DNA of 59,845 nucleotides, filler included, from Sphacelaria rigidula (lineage: Eukaryota): the NCBI GenBank assembly GCA_964200075.2. It is 5 parts of 5 records of this genome, joined end to end, with 100 filler letters (N's around TTAATTAATTAA, not from the genome) between each part and the next. Parts side by side here need not be neighbours in the genome. Positions count along the whole stretch, not along the records: positions 35,970 to 47,857 come from CAXNAA020004373.1; positions 47,958 to 59,845 come from CAXNAA020004374.1; 3 more parts are not named here. The stretch is one strand, 5' to 3'. Shown in pieces: positions 36,022-48,233 of this stretch. Below the pieces are notes generated by a model. That model had not been told where the DNA came from. It ran no database searches and worked only from the letters and a program-made list of their open reading frames with translations. The translations under genes were made by a program, and so were the position numbers. The stretch's first letter is position 1; the number at the start of each line of letters is the position of its first letter.

Positions 36022-39000
36022 CTACGCCTCATGACCGCCCATCTTCAAGGCTTGTGAGTCCGCTCCAGTATCCGGCTGCGGCGCAGCCCCGCCGGCTCCC
36101 GCAGCCCCCAGGGTCTCCGCCCGCGAACCCACCGCTCCCGCTGCCGCGGCACCCCCACCCGAGGTTCCCGCCGGTAAGAGGAAGGAGAGAAGGCGGGGGT
36201 TCGCCGAGAGCTCGAGCTCGGTGAACTCGAAGAGCGTTGGCAATGGGTTACCGTTTGGCAGCTTGACGCCGTCCTTGCGAAGCTGAAGTGACAGTGGAAA
36301 ACATGAGAATACAGACAAAGTAAAGACGGGGAAGACAACATGGCGTTTGCCGGTGTCAAGTTCTTTGTTGATTCTTCTTGTTCCACGTACGTGCACGCGC
36401 CATCAACGATGCCGCGGGACGACTTAATACCGAAATAACCCGACACAGGCGGCAAGGGTTAATTGGGTTCTCCAGAGGGTGACATGTGAAATGAGTAGGG
36501 AGCCCGCAAATCACAGCAGAATTCTTGTGTTGAAGGTGACTGCCATCGCCTTCGACAGCATCATCACGTGCCTTGACCTTTACCTTCCGAAGCGAAAAGA
36601 CGTTGCGCGCGACTTCACGAGGCGCCTGACATGGCGCGGTGGCCCAATTGCACACCACACGCCGATTCATGCTAGCGCGCACACGACGGAGCACAGGAAT
36701 TTAAGCCACGCAGCCCACCTCATCACAGCATCGAGCGCGCGGTCCACAAGTCCGCAAAAGCAAAAGCAAAAGCAAAAGCCACCCGCACCAAACTAAAACG
36801 TACACAACGGACCTCACTTAATATTTGGCAAGATTCCACACTACTGTACTGCTGTACCCAACACTAGGACTTGATGAGTATATTCCGCCTGTTGCCTGAG
36901 GAGAGAGTGTGCTGCCGAGCGCGGGCGAACACGCACATTGCTAACGGGAGACAGGATCGACATATATCCGTGGCACTGGCACTGCACAAGAGTCCTGGAG
37001 TACACACGACCCAAGACAGCTGTTCACCTCGTCCACGAACTCATGACTGCAGACCTCCAACGGTTTGATCCGCTTTAAAGGATCGTACGCCAGCATCCTG
37101 CTCACCACATCCAGCGCCTGCTCGCCGCCCGCCCCACATGCAAGACCGCCGCACAAAAACAACGAGCCGAAGACAAGACAAGGGGTCATGTTCCACACTT
37201 CGTGACTTTACATCAGCCCATTCCCTGGAGATGTGCGCGTTCAGTCTATACACAGTGCCTCAAGCTCGTGTTCTCTCTATGAGGTGATTTTCGTCTGTGA
37301 GTGCTTGTTCAGCCAAAAAGAACTTCATGTCCCGCGATCCAAGCTTTCGACAGTCCTCAGCACGCGCACCCGGTGAACACGGGACACCGTTTGTGACCAA
37401 GAGCTGTTGCCAAGCAAAGTGAGGACATTCCCCCTCAATAAAGAAATGACACACAGACCGCCAGTTTTCCCCCCCCTTTTTCATGTGTCTCATTCCTGAT
37501 CCTTCTTCTTCGCCGGGACGAGCCCGTGATGTCAAGGTGATCAACTCATCTCTCTCCCGGTATATGCCCTACATTCTGGTATCGCGAGATTGGGTCCACC
37601 CATGGGTGGTGTTTTCCTGAAGCGTCAAGCACACATCCTTCTCAATGCTTCCCTCGTGATCGAGGCTATGCACCGAGAACAAATTTCATTCAGCACCAAA
37701 ACACGTTGTGAGTAGAAACACGAAGGCTTACCCATCACTTGCTGCTTCATCGGTTGGTGCAGTGCCTGAGCAAAACCACTGCTTCATATTACCAAACTAC
37801 ACGGCAAGGTCAACGTCACCGCTACCACTACCGCTCGGAGGGCCCTTCACTAATCGCTCGCCCGCTCACAACACACCTCCGGCGGGGTCCTTGCCCGGAA
37901 CACACCCTTCCACGGGTGGGCCTTGATTTGCGGGAACTTGAACTCGGAGTAGTTAGAGTTCATCGCGCGAATTTCCTCTCGTGTCGGCGTTCCCAGTACC
38001 TACACATGAAAACACGAAGCGTGCCGGACGGTGAATATCAGCTATTACATGGATTTCAATAGCGTTTGGTGTTTTCAGGCTAGGCCTCATGGGACAAAAC
38101 ACCACCGACCGCTACATGGCGAAAAAAAAGGGGAGAGACAGATGCTAAGAAAAAGAATTGTTTGGTTAGGTGAGAAAATAAACTTTGAAGATTATCAAAA
38201 AGGGAAAGAGACTACAGAACTTACTGATGAGGACCACCACCGACGAGGGCAAAACACCTCCTCACGCAAGTACACAGGGCGAGGTCGGACCGAAGGTTTG
38301 GGCTAGAACGGGATGAACGTCAACAACAAAAAAATGGAAAGGAAAAAAATATCGTTCTCCAAGCGGAGGAATATACCTTCTTCGACCCCAATCGTGTGCA
38401 CCAACACCAACACCAATACGAGTGTCATTCTTTCATCAAGTAAAACTCCCCACAAACGGCACGCTGCGCGCTCGACATTGTGCATCACACCAGAGACTTC
38501 CGGAAGTCTGCATCCAACACATTCGAGCATACAGCCGCTTCAACCTCAAAGCTCCCCATTTAAACAATGAAAATGGTTCCAGGCCTCAATCGATGCCATC
38601 CCCTCATCACCCATCATCATTCATGTTTCACTGTGCTACGTTCATACATGAATTCATGACCCATCATTTAGGGTCGTGTACGCAAAGGCCGACTTGTCGA
38701 TGCAGATTGGTATCGAAAGCGGCTGACGAGCAACAGCTTTCTCCGCATGTGACTTTTAAAAGAGAAAAATCTCGAGGAAGTCGGGTAGAAAAATTGAAAA
38801 GGCGATTCTTCTAGAATAAAGTCGCAATTACAGCTACCTGACAACCGATCACAAACACCACGTAATATCAGTGGAATATGACATGCCGTAGGGATGGTGT
38901 TGGTATTGCCCCAGCACCCTACCCCACAACCAAGCCTTATTTTCGACGATTGTTGTGAGTTGAGCTACTGACATCTCTATTACAATACTTGGGATACACG

Positions 39001-42000
39001 CAACTAGAAAACAGGGATGACATAAGGAAAGATGGGCACAGCTGTGAAACATCGCCGAGTATCGAACAGGCAACTAACTAGCGTGGGAAAAGTTACCGCG
39101 GCTCTCAAAACCTAGCGGTAAGGTCTGACTGGGGCGGTATCGTACATGCAAGCCGCAAGCACCCAGCCATCGTTTCTGCCTAAATGTTCACATTCGGAGA
39201 AGAGAAAAAAACCAAGTCGTTGACACCAATGAGCATCAATGACAAAGTACCAACGAGGTGGATGAACACATGTACACGAAAAAAACAAATTGAAGATCGT
39301 TGACAAGACGCAGTGGGGAGGCAGGCAGTACCTCACCTTGATGATCTCCACCAGCTGGTCCACCCCGCTGTCCCCGGGAAACAGAGGCTCCCCGAGCAAC
39401 AACTCCGCCGCGACACACCCCAGACTCCACGTGTCGATGGCGCACGTATAGTCAGTGGAACCAAATATGAGCTCCGGCGCTCGATAGTACCTATGCATAT
39501 GCAGCACAAGCAGGTGAAACCCATGACAAGAGCGGTGCAACAGCGCCAGGTCAAATCCGATAACGACGACAAAATACGGCATCGTCCGTACCGCACTGTA
39601 CAGGTACCAAACACCGCGTACGGCAGCGATACCGTGAAAAGTCAATTACCATACCGTACATAATCGTTCCCCAAAAACCGGGTCCGAGGAAACGCCGTGA
39701 AATTTTAGAAAATCGATTGGTCGGCAGTCTTCGGAATGTTCTCCTCGAAATAACCTCCATATTCGCCATTCCTACTGTGTGCTGCACGTGGTCAACTCCT
39801 ATGATCAAAAGAGGACAGATACATGTCGTTCGCTCTTGTATTTCTTGTTTGCTGCAATCGAATCGCAGGCTCACCTGCTGCAGATGTACGAGACATTAGG
39901 CTCCCCCCGTACGAGAATCTTGGCGCTACCGAAGTCGCACAGCTTCAAAACATGCGACTGAAAACAAAAAGATGCGCAAATGGCGGAAAAAGACACAGCG
40001 CAGGATCAGGGAAGAAAAGAGCGAGGAACGGCGGGGGCGGGTAAATCGTGTCATTTGTGCTGGCGCTGATCGTACGTACTACATGGAAAGACCGAGATCT
40101 TCTAACTCTGAGGCGCTTAGACCTGCTGCACCTGTCATCAAGTTTGGCTGGAGACACGCATATAATTCAACTCCAAAATAATCAGTAGAGTTCAAACGAA
40201 CCTGTCGACGAGTCTCATGGTTGAATAAATGGCTTCAGTGAAGCCGATCACACTCGGATCTTTCAGGGGCTGACAGTTTCAGGTGCCTGACAGCGTGCAC
40301 AGAGGGCGTTTTTGTTCAAAACGGCGCTGATTTCAGCTTTGCCCAGGACACTGCATGCATCCTCCATGCTGCTGCGGGTTTTCGGTACGCTTTCGGTTGG
40401 GGTTACAGTAAGGTTAGGGAAAGGGCTAGCGTAAAAAATGGACAAAAACACAGCGTGTTCACGCATGCAAAATCGTCCATCAGTTCAAGTGAATGTACCC
40501 GAGAAAAATATTGAACGGGATTTACGCATATCGCCAGCTTTTCGGCGCGTGCTCGTCGGGGTGGGTCATGCGTTGAACCGCCATCAGTTCTGGTTGAAAA
40601 GTGACTCAAGTCCCAGACGATCCACCCTGGCGGTCAAGGGGACAAAATAGCTAAAACGTTACATCCCAAAAAACTTTCACACACTAGTTGGGGTATTTCC
40701 GGAGAAGTGACATCAACACATGTATGTTAACCCTTCGACCGCCTCGGTGGGTCATCCAGACCTGCAGTCATTCTTCAACTAAAAATAATCAACGATGAAA
40801 CAGGCGATCCAACCTGGTGGTTAGTCCAAGGGTTACCGTAATGAGAGATGGGTGCGTGACGCCACACGACAGTGAGACAAAAGTCACCTACGACACTGCT
40901 CCTTACAATTGTGCAAAGCCCCATCCTTGCAGCCACTGAACTGTAATGCGTACTGTGCAGCGCGTAAAACACAAAACGCATACTTTCTCTGTCCCAGAAG
41001 TAAAGGTACCTAAATTTGTACGGGCCCTCAATGATGTCCGATCTTTTTTTTTTTTAATAAGCTCTACGGTGTTTTCTGGGTTAAGAAAATGTGTTTAAAA
41101 TTTGCAGCTCATGCTTGAACCATGCCGCCGAACGGCTGCAAAAAAGTAGTCGGCCCCCAATGGCCGTTTTTTGTCCCTTCCCGAGTGGGAAAAAAAGTGT
41201 CGTTTTTATTTTCACCTCGGGAATGGGCGAAAGACAGCCACTTTTGGGCCGACTACTTTTTTTGCAGCCGTTCGGCGGCATGGTTCAAGCATGAGCTGCA
41301 AATTTTTAACACACTTTCTTGACCCAAAAAACATCGTAGAGTATATTACAAAAGAAAAAAAAAAAAATCGGACATCGTTAAGGGCCCGTACAAATTTAGG
41401 TACCTTTACTTTCGGGACAGAGGAAGTATGAAATACGAAACTTCCCACATCGCAACGAGAGTCCACGACACAGGCGCAACAGCAACTGCTGCACGTGCAT
41501 AGTTCGTATCTGAACTTTTTACACCCCGCGCAACACGGATTGGTCACGCCAACTGTATGGCTCTCGTCTACAGCGCTCAACGATCAACACATGGCGACAA
41601 CTATACCCACCAACATCTGAAAAACAGCCCACCTCAACCGTGCATCACTAGCATCTGCAGCTCCTCCAGGGCAATAAATAACCCAATCAACACACGAACA
41701 CACACAGTAGGACATACCATAACGCACTGCAGGAGAAATAACGTATACACGACTGTAAGCACGTACATGCACACGTGCACATGCGACCAACACGCACGCA
41801 CAGACATATACACACCACCGGATCGAGGAGCAGATTTTGTGGCTTGATGTCGCGATGGCAAATGCCCAGAGCGTGGATGTGCGCCAACGCCCTCGCCAGC
41901 TGGTAGAGATACAGCTTCACGAGCAGCACCGGGAGCGTCTGCTTGCTCTTATGGTACTGGCGAGCAACGCTGTAAACTGTCTCCGGGACGAACTCCAGCA

Positions 42001-43447
42001 CAAGGTTCAGGTACAGCTCGTCCGGCTGCAACAAACATATGCACGGACAAAGGATCATCATTTCATGACTATGGATCATCATCATCATTATTTCAGCACA
42101 TTAGCCGAATCTCTCGAACCCGCGGTCACAGACGTAGGCTCGTCTTTACAGTACCGTCCCTGCTATTCTCAACAAGAGAGCTCTCAATTGTTTCTTCCAA
42201 GACTAGCCAAACAAAAAACACAACAGGAACGAATAGAAACAATAGAAGGGAGAGGCCAAGAAAACAGAAGGCAAATAGATTCCCTCCGAGTTGATCGAGG
42301 TGGGGTAAAAACAATCCCATCGGATCTGCTGATTAACTATAGAAAAGAGAAATGGAAAAAAAGACTACCAAGCGAGGGTCAGATCAACAACCCCAGACAC
42401 CCTCATAGACAAATGAACCAGAAAAAAAAAACGCATGTCGAAACAGCAACCGCGTGAGCAAAATTTCGACACACGCGTGCCTTCCGAGAGTCAGCAAACA
42501 CCGGTGACTGCCGCCACTACAACCACCAATTCGTCCAGGTAGAACAACTCGTCCGGTTGAAACACACACCAAGCACACGGCACCAATGAGGATAATATAA
42601 AAAGACGCGCTCCTCCGAAACAACAGCCGAATAAGCAGGATCAAGACAAATCAACCACAGGCGCGCAAGAGAGAGAGAGAGAGAGAGAGAGTGACAGAAA
42701 CGTTGACACGATTACCAGCAACGTTTTGAAACAAAGTGCACCAAAGACAAGCGGAACGAACAAGCAAAAATATGCGCAACACCAACACATGCATAGCACC
42801 ATGTAGACGGAGGGCAAGATCTGAGCCAAGCAACAGTACGGTAAAACTCCACACCTTGGACAATATACGGTCAAAAGATGCAATAGACGACAAGTGTACT
42901 GCAGAAGGTAGAGGCCTATTGCAACTATCGCCGGCCGACAATGGTCGCTATAGGCCTCTACTTTATGCAGTACATTTCTTGTCTATTGCAACTATTTACC
43001 ATATTTTGTCCAAGGTGTGGAATACTTCCACATGACATCCAAAAGTATCAAGCATAACCACTCCCAGCTACCATCATGTTTCTACACCCATGATGCATGA
43101 AGCAGCAACATGAACATGAACAGAGCGCAATACCATCACACAGGCGTATAACAAACCGTGTAGCACAGTTGAACTCCCGCTCTTTTGCAGACAAAAAAAT
43201 GTCACCACGCCAAAACGACCGGATACTGTAGTCGAAAAATCAGAGGGCGACCATCTTTCACGAACGCACGCTACAAGGGCTTTACAAGAAGTCACATCAC
43301 ACGTCCACCACGCATGTCCCGCTCATTCACCTTGTCGCCGTTAGAGTAGAAGCAGTGCTTGAGCTTGACGATGTTGGGGTGCTCCTTTTTGACGAGCATT
43401 CGCATGATCTGAAGCTCTCGGTTCTTGAAACGCTTGTCTTGCAGAAC
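36022..43447 (-). CDS. GSK3: Glycogen synthase kinase-3 / shaggy-like kinase, 5'-partial; exons (minus) 43447-43331, 42025-41816, 39957-39875, 39490-39337, 37999-37877, 37117-37028, 36282-36022
   Basis: Spliced protein [15 protein letters not shown]...HCFYS | [18 protein letters not shown]...[14 protein letters not shown] | [28 protein letters not shown] | [14 protein letters not shown]...[15 protein letters not shown] | [28 protein letters not shown] | ...HEFVDE | [20 protein letters not shown]...*. These are diagnostic GSK3 motifs and all junctions are GT-AG and in phase. The exons for the glycine loop and VAIK were not found before the contig end at 47857. Confidence 0.95.
40983..41426. 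mobile_element. Stowaway-like (Tc1/mariner) MITE, almost fully palindromic, TA target duplication
   Basis: TA|CTTTCTCTGTCCCAGAAGTAAAGGTACC...GGTACCTTTACTTTCGGGACAGAGGAAG|TA. The termini resemble the Stowaway CTCCCTCCGTCCC consensus, and the ~200-bp arms are near-perfect inverted copies. Confidence 0.85.
42668..42690. repeat. (AG)n microsatellite
   Basis: Directly visible. Confidence 0.85.
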
Positions 43448-45403
43448 CTGCCAACACCGACACCAACGAGAAACACCGACAAAACACGGGCGGGTCGCAG
43501 CACACAATCCGTTACGACCATTCCTGATTGACCATGTATTGATTGTCGCACATTAAACCATCCGCTCCATATTCAGCCATGGTTCCACGATTTGGACGTA
43601 CCCAGGGTACACTGCGGGAAACATCCGTCAACGGGAGCGCAGGGACGGGGACGACGTATTTTTTCACGACTAGACCCAAGTATGAATCGCGTGCGACTGT
43701 GGGGTACGATGACGACGGCGATGACAGCAAACATCGGTAATATTCTAATGGATGGAGGAGAGGTGATGTGAACCCGCCACCAAAACTGCACGGTTTTTCA
43801 CACGCGTTTTTGTCGTCTCTCTCGCAAACCTCAGACGCTATCCTAACCGAAAGCCCAATCCCAGGCAGATCTAGATACATGTCTCTGAAAATGAGGAATG
43901 CATGTGGTTTCCAAGGCAACATGCGCAGCCGTAGAGCTCAAATCTGGGTCGCTTTGAGCAAAAAGGCATGCTGCACATTTTGAGCGAGCACTTTGAAATT
44001 TGAGGGTCCATACCTCAGTGAAAGGACCTATATTTTTACCACGAGACTTTATTTTCAGCACGAGACAAATTTTTAGGGACGGGTCTACGTGAACTACATA
44101 CTGATCGAACGCACAGCATCGACCCACAACACGCCGACAAGCGTTGGTAAACGAGGCGACATGCGAGAAATGTTCGGTAACAGATACCAGGATCTGTGAG
44201 CGACGGACAAGGGGGGACTCGAAACGCGCAAACCCTCCTTGATATCTCGTTGTCACTCTCGAAAGTACGAGGATGCAATAGCACCCCACACCGTAATATT
44301 GCCAACCTACACCGGTTACCTCCAATCTCCAAACGCTGTATTTGTCGCACGGTGAAAACGTGGAGCTGGTAATGTTTTAGCGTGGTGAATACAATAATAA
44401 CAAAGAGAACTCGTCGACTGTCGGGAAGATTTCGGAGTACTGTACTGCACAAGCACTTATGCATTGAAATTAAGAAAAAAATAACGTTCTGTGAATCATT
44501 GGTGAGATTTTGGCACAGTAGCCTGGCATGTTCTCGACTTCTCATCATAAATAATCAAAACAGGCAAATCACCCACACGCCTAGCGCCTTTGTCAAGTAT
44601 GGCGAGATCAATCATCACGACAAGACTCCAACCTGCCGCAACAACTTGGTAGGTGGACGTTCAATTTCCTAATCTCCCAATTTGGTGTGAGGTATGTTGA
44701 TGGTTGACGGATACTACGCGCGGTAAATGAACGTCGACGTGATTTGCATTATTTCGTTTCTGTGTGCTATCTCGACCACAACAAGATACCAACAAAGACA
44801 TTGTGACAGACCTTTGGGAGAGTAAGGCGTTCTCCGCGAGCTTTGTCGTCGCGGTAACATTAATAGGTCACACTTGAGGTGATGGGTGAAGGTGCTGATG
44901 CATCACATGATTTACCCCAGTTGTCAACTTGTGCGTTGCTTTTATACTTACGGCGGCCCTCGTGTTGTTCGAAATTTAGGGCTGGGCACTGGCGCAGCAG
45001 GCAAGCATAGAGGACACTGGCTACCGACGCATCCAGTATACCGGATCCTGCCAGTACCCTGAGTCCGCGGCGAAGTCCCGATGGAGGCGGATTTCCACGC
45101 GATTTGGCTTCAATTGACTTGCAATTAGATGGGTTTCGTTGAATGGTTAGGCGATAGAGTGGGACGTGAGTAAAAAGGAGAGAACTGGCAGTAGTGGCGA
45201 CTTACTCCAGAACCAGTACACCGCTGTTACATCAACGTGACCGGTTAGTAAAGGTGCAGTACATAGCCTCATCGAAATCGCATTTGTGCGTATTCAACAC
45301 ACCCTGGACATTACATTAGTTTGTCAAGAAGTGAACTGGAATCTTTTGTCTATTGCAATAGACGCAAATAGTCGATATTGTACGCACTACACTTCATCTA
45401 CTG

Positions 45404-45471
45404 TCATCATCCAAAGGGAGGTTTTATTCAAGCCTTCATCATCATCCAAAGGGAGGTTTTATTCAAGCCTT
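45404..45471. repeat. Direct tandem duplication, period 35 bp
   Basis: TCATCATCCAAAGGGAGGTTTTATTCAAGCCTT at 45404 and 45439. Confidence 0.9.
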
Positions 45472-47250
45472 GAGAGAATCCCACGATTCTAGCTTGACTT
45501 CTTTCCGCCACATCTTGATGGACGAAGCTTCGAAAAACTGATGAAAAAGCGTCGGGTAATCCATTTCCCGATCCCTAAAAGTCACTCTAGGGTTGTGAAA
45601 TATTCTCTACTGTACGGATTCGGATTAAGTGGTTCAATATCTCCCTTGTTGCCAACCGAAAAATCAATGACTTGTCTGAAAGAGTTGATCTTGGCTGTCA
45701 AGCGTCATGAATCGACCTCATTCCCGGCGAGTCTACGTCCATGACCACGGGTTCGAGAGACCGGGCGAATGTGCGGAAATTATGACAACAGCAATAATCC
45801 CCGGGGTACGACTCATGAACCCAGCCCAAGTGCTCGCCTGTATTGCGATAAATCGAGACTACTTCTTAGCATGCTCGGCTCATCCTCGTAAGAGTAAAAC
45901 ATCTCACGCAATATCTTCCCATACTCACCGTTCCGAAAATACTTTGCGCGAGATCTAATGTTGAACTCAGAATACCAAAGCTCCAGGACAGCTGTTATGC
46001 GTCTCTAAATTTTTGTATCTTCATAGGCCGACGGGCCCATGGTGGCTTCGTACACTCAACTTGAAAATATTGGGGACAAGGACTTGTGCTGTTGTGGGGG
46101 CAATCTCTCTGCATGAGCCATGGCTTCTACGGCACAGTACCGCATACGACAGGGTGTGGTATAAAGTGTAAAGACGCTGTTCTGCAGCGGCACCGTGCGG
46201 GCATACTGGTAGCACAGTACCGTGCGCGGGAAAAACAGTACATATAGTACAGACAGTACATGTATAATGTGTAGAAAGTCGCACAGATAATGTTGGATGT
46301 TGTTGGGCAGTGCAGTGCAGTGCAGTGAGCAGTAGAGAGCAGTACTGCTGGAATGACTCGAGTAGCCACGACTTGAGACCAAATACTGCGGACTCATGAG
46401 GACGCATCACGCTCGTGTGCGGTTGTCAACAACCCCTTCAAACGCTGTTCACATACCGCACTTTGACTACCTCCTCCCCCCCCCGAATCCTACTGTTCAA
46501 GCTTGAAATATGACTCTAGTCGTATAAGAATCCTTGTGAGAAAAGAGGACACACGTAACCTGATCTGAAAAAACAACTTTGGACACGTCTATCTCCAGTC
46601 TTCCGAATCGTTCCAGGAAAATGAGAACGAGTCTAACGAGTCATTTGGGCATAGTGAGGAGATTCAGATGATGAGTCGTGGGACTTGAGATCCACGAGTC
46701 AAGCGTGGATGACTCGTGACTTCAACGAGTCCGAGTTACACGAGTCAGGCTAGGACTGGTGAGATACGTGACGTATCGTACTGGGCTTTTGAAATATATC
46801 TAGTTCACAAGGGTGCTTCTCGTGACTGCTCTTCAATACAACTCGAAAGTGCTAGCGTTGGTAGATTTTGGGAAAATAAACAGGCCGTCTTCCGCCCCCC
46901 CAATGCCCAGGTTGGTGTTTGTTGGTTTTATCAAGCGAGACGAGTACATACTTCTTTTGTCAGGAGGGTGTAATAATTGACCGTGGAACACACTTTTTCG
47001 GCTCTAGTGCAATGAGGAGGTAGAATTGAGAAAAAAAAAAGTGCGAGCTAGGTCAGCCTAGAAGCGAATTTATAATTTGAAGGCCCAATCGCGGGCAAAT
47101 ATTTGGAGTTGTACCCTAAAATTTGGTATGAACAATGAGTAGGGCATAATGAAAAACATTACCTTTCCACACAAAGATTTTTTATTTTATTTTTCATGAG
47201 ATCGGCGCATTTGACTTTACTCATACCTCGAAACTGATTATTGCCCTAAA

Positions 47251-47857
47251 GACCGCTCCTTCCTTATAACAGACAAAAACAAAAATCTAAAAGTGCCTTT
47301 TTGGAGCTTTTACGTCACTTCACCCCCCCCAAAAAGAGGTAGGCGGAGTTTGACGCCTGGGAATGACTTGCTCTACTAGCTGAGGCGATTTCAGGATATC
47401 TTCCCGTTTCTCGGTGGCCGCAGTTTTCATTTTGGCCAACCAGAATTTTTTGTCCGAGAACGGTCAAGTTTAGAGGGAAATGTCGATTTTTTTAGATTCG
47501 ATTGTTTTTGACCGTTTGTGGACAGAACTCGTTATTTGGCCAGAATAAAGACTGCGGCCACCGGAGAACGGGAAATGTGCTGGAACCGCCTCAACGAGTG
47601 GAGCAAGTCATTCCAAGGTGTCAAACGCCGCCTAGCTCTCTTTCAGGGAGTGAAACGACGTAAAAGCTCCAAAAAAGCACCTTTCCACATATTTAGTTCT
47701 GTCTGCTATAACGAGCGGCCTCAGGCCGCTTCTTATAATAGACACAAATAAAAACCTGGACGAGTGTATTTTTGGAGCTTTCACGTCGTTTTACGCCCCA
47801 AAAGAGAGCTAGGTGGAGTTTGACACCTTGGAACGACTTGCTCTACTAGTTGAGGCG
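47251..47857. mobile_element. Two adjacent Harbinger-like MITE copies (47251-47720; 47724 to contig end) separated by TCA
   Basis: GACCGCTCC...GAGCGGCC|TCA|GGCCGCTTC. The first copy has ~200-bp inverted arms. Homologous to 4528-4998. Confidence 0.75.
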
Positions 47858-47957
47858 NNNNNNNNNNNNNNNNNNNNNNNNNNNNNNNNNNNNNNNNNNN
47901 NTTAATTAATTAANNNNNNNNNNNNNNNNNNNNNNNNNNNNNNNNNNNNNNNNNNNN
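47858..47957. other. Artificial 100-bp contig spacer
   Basis: N-TTAATTAATTAA-N. Confidence 0.97.
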
Positions 47958-48233
47958 GGCGTGTTTTATAGCGTCATCGCCAAGCGACGCCAACCCCATC
48001 GGGGGTCCGCCCCTACAAAGCCGGGACGTACTCATGATCATGCATGCCATAGTCATACGACCATTGACCTCGCATCCCAACCCAGCCGCGGTCACAACAA
48101 AACATGAACTTGATCCGTTCTCTGCCGGTGCAAGTCTCGCTGTTACTGTTACTGCTGTGTCTTTTTAGATGCCTTGATTTCATTTCATTTCACCTATTTC
48201 TGTTTCCCTTTTCCTTTTCCTTGCACACAACAG

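Noticed and set aside
38222-38260. Hammerhead ribozyme core (CTGATGA)
   Set aside because: No GAAA after a plausible stem II and no flanking stems.
41081-41322. Near-identical ORFs on opposite strands (MPPNGCKK...)
   Set aside because: A by-product of the palindromic MITE, not genes.
43500-47200. Missing 5' exons of GSK3 or another gene
   Set aside because: No GxGSFG or VAIKK coding exon seen on the minus strand; the short ORFs here have no recognisable motifs.
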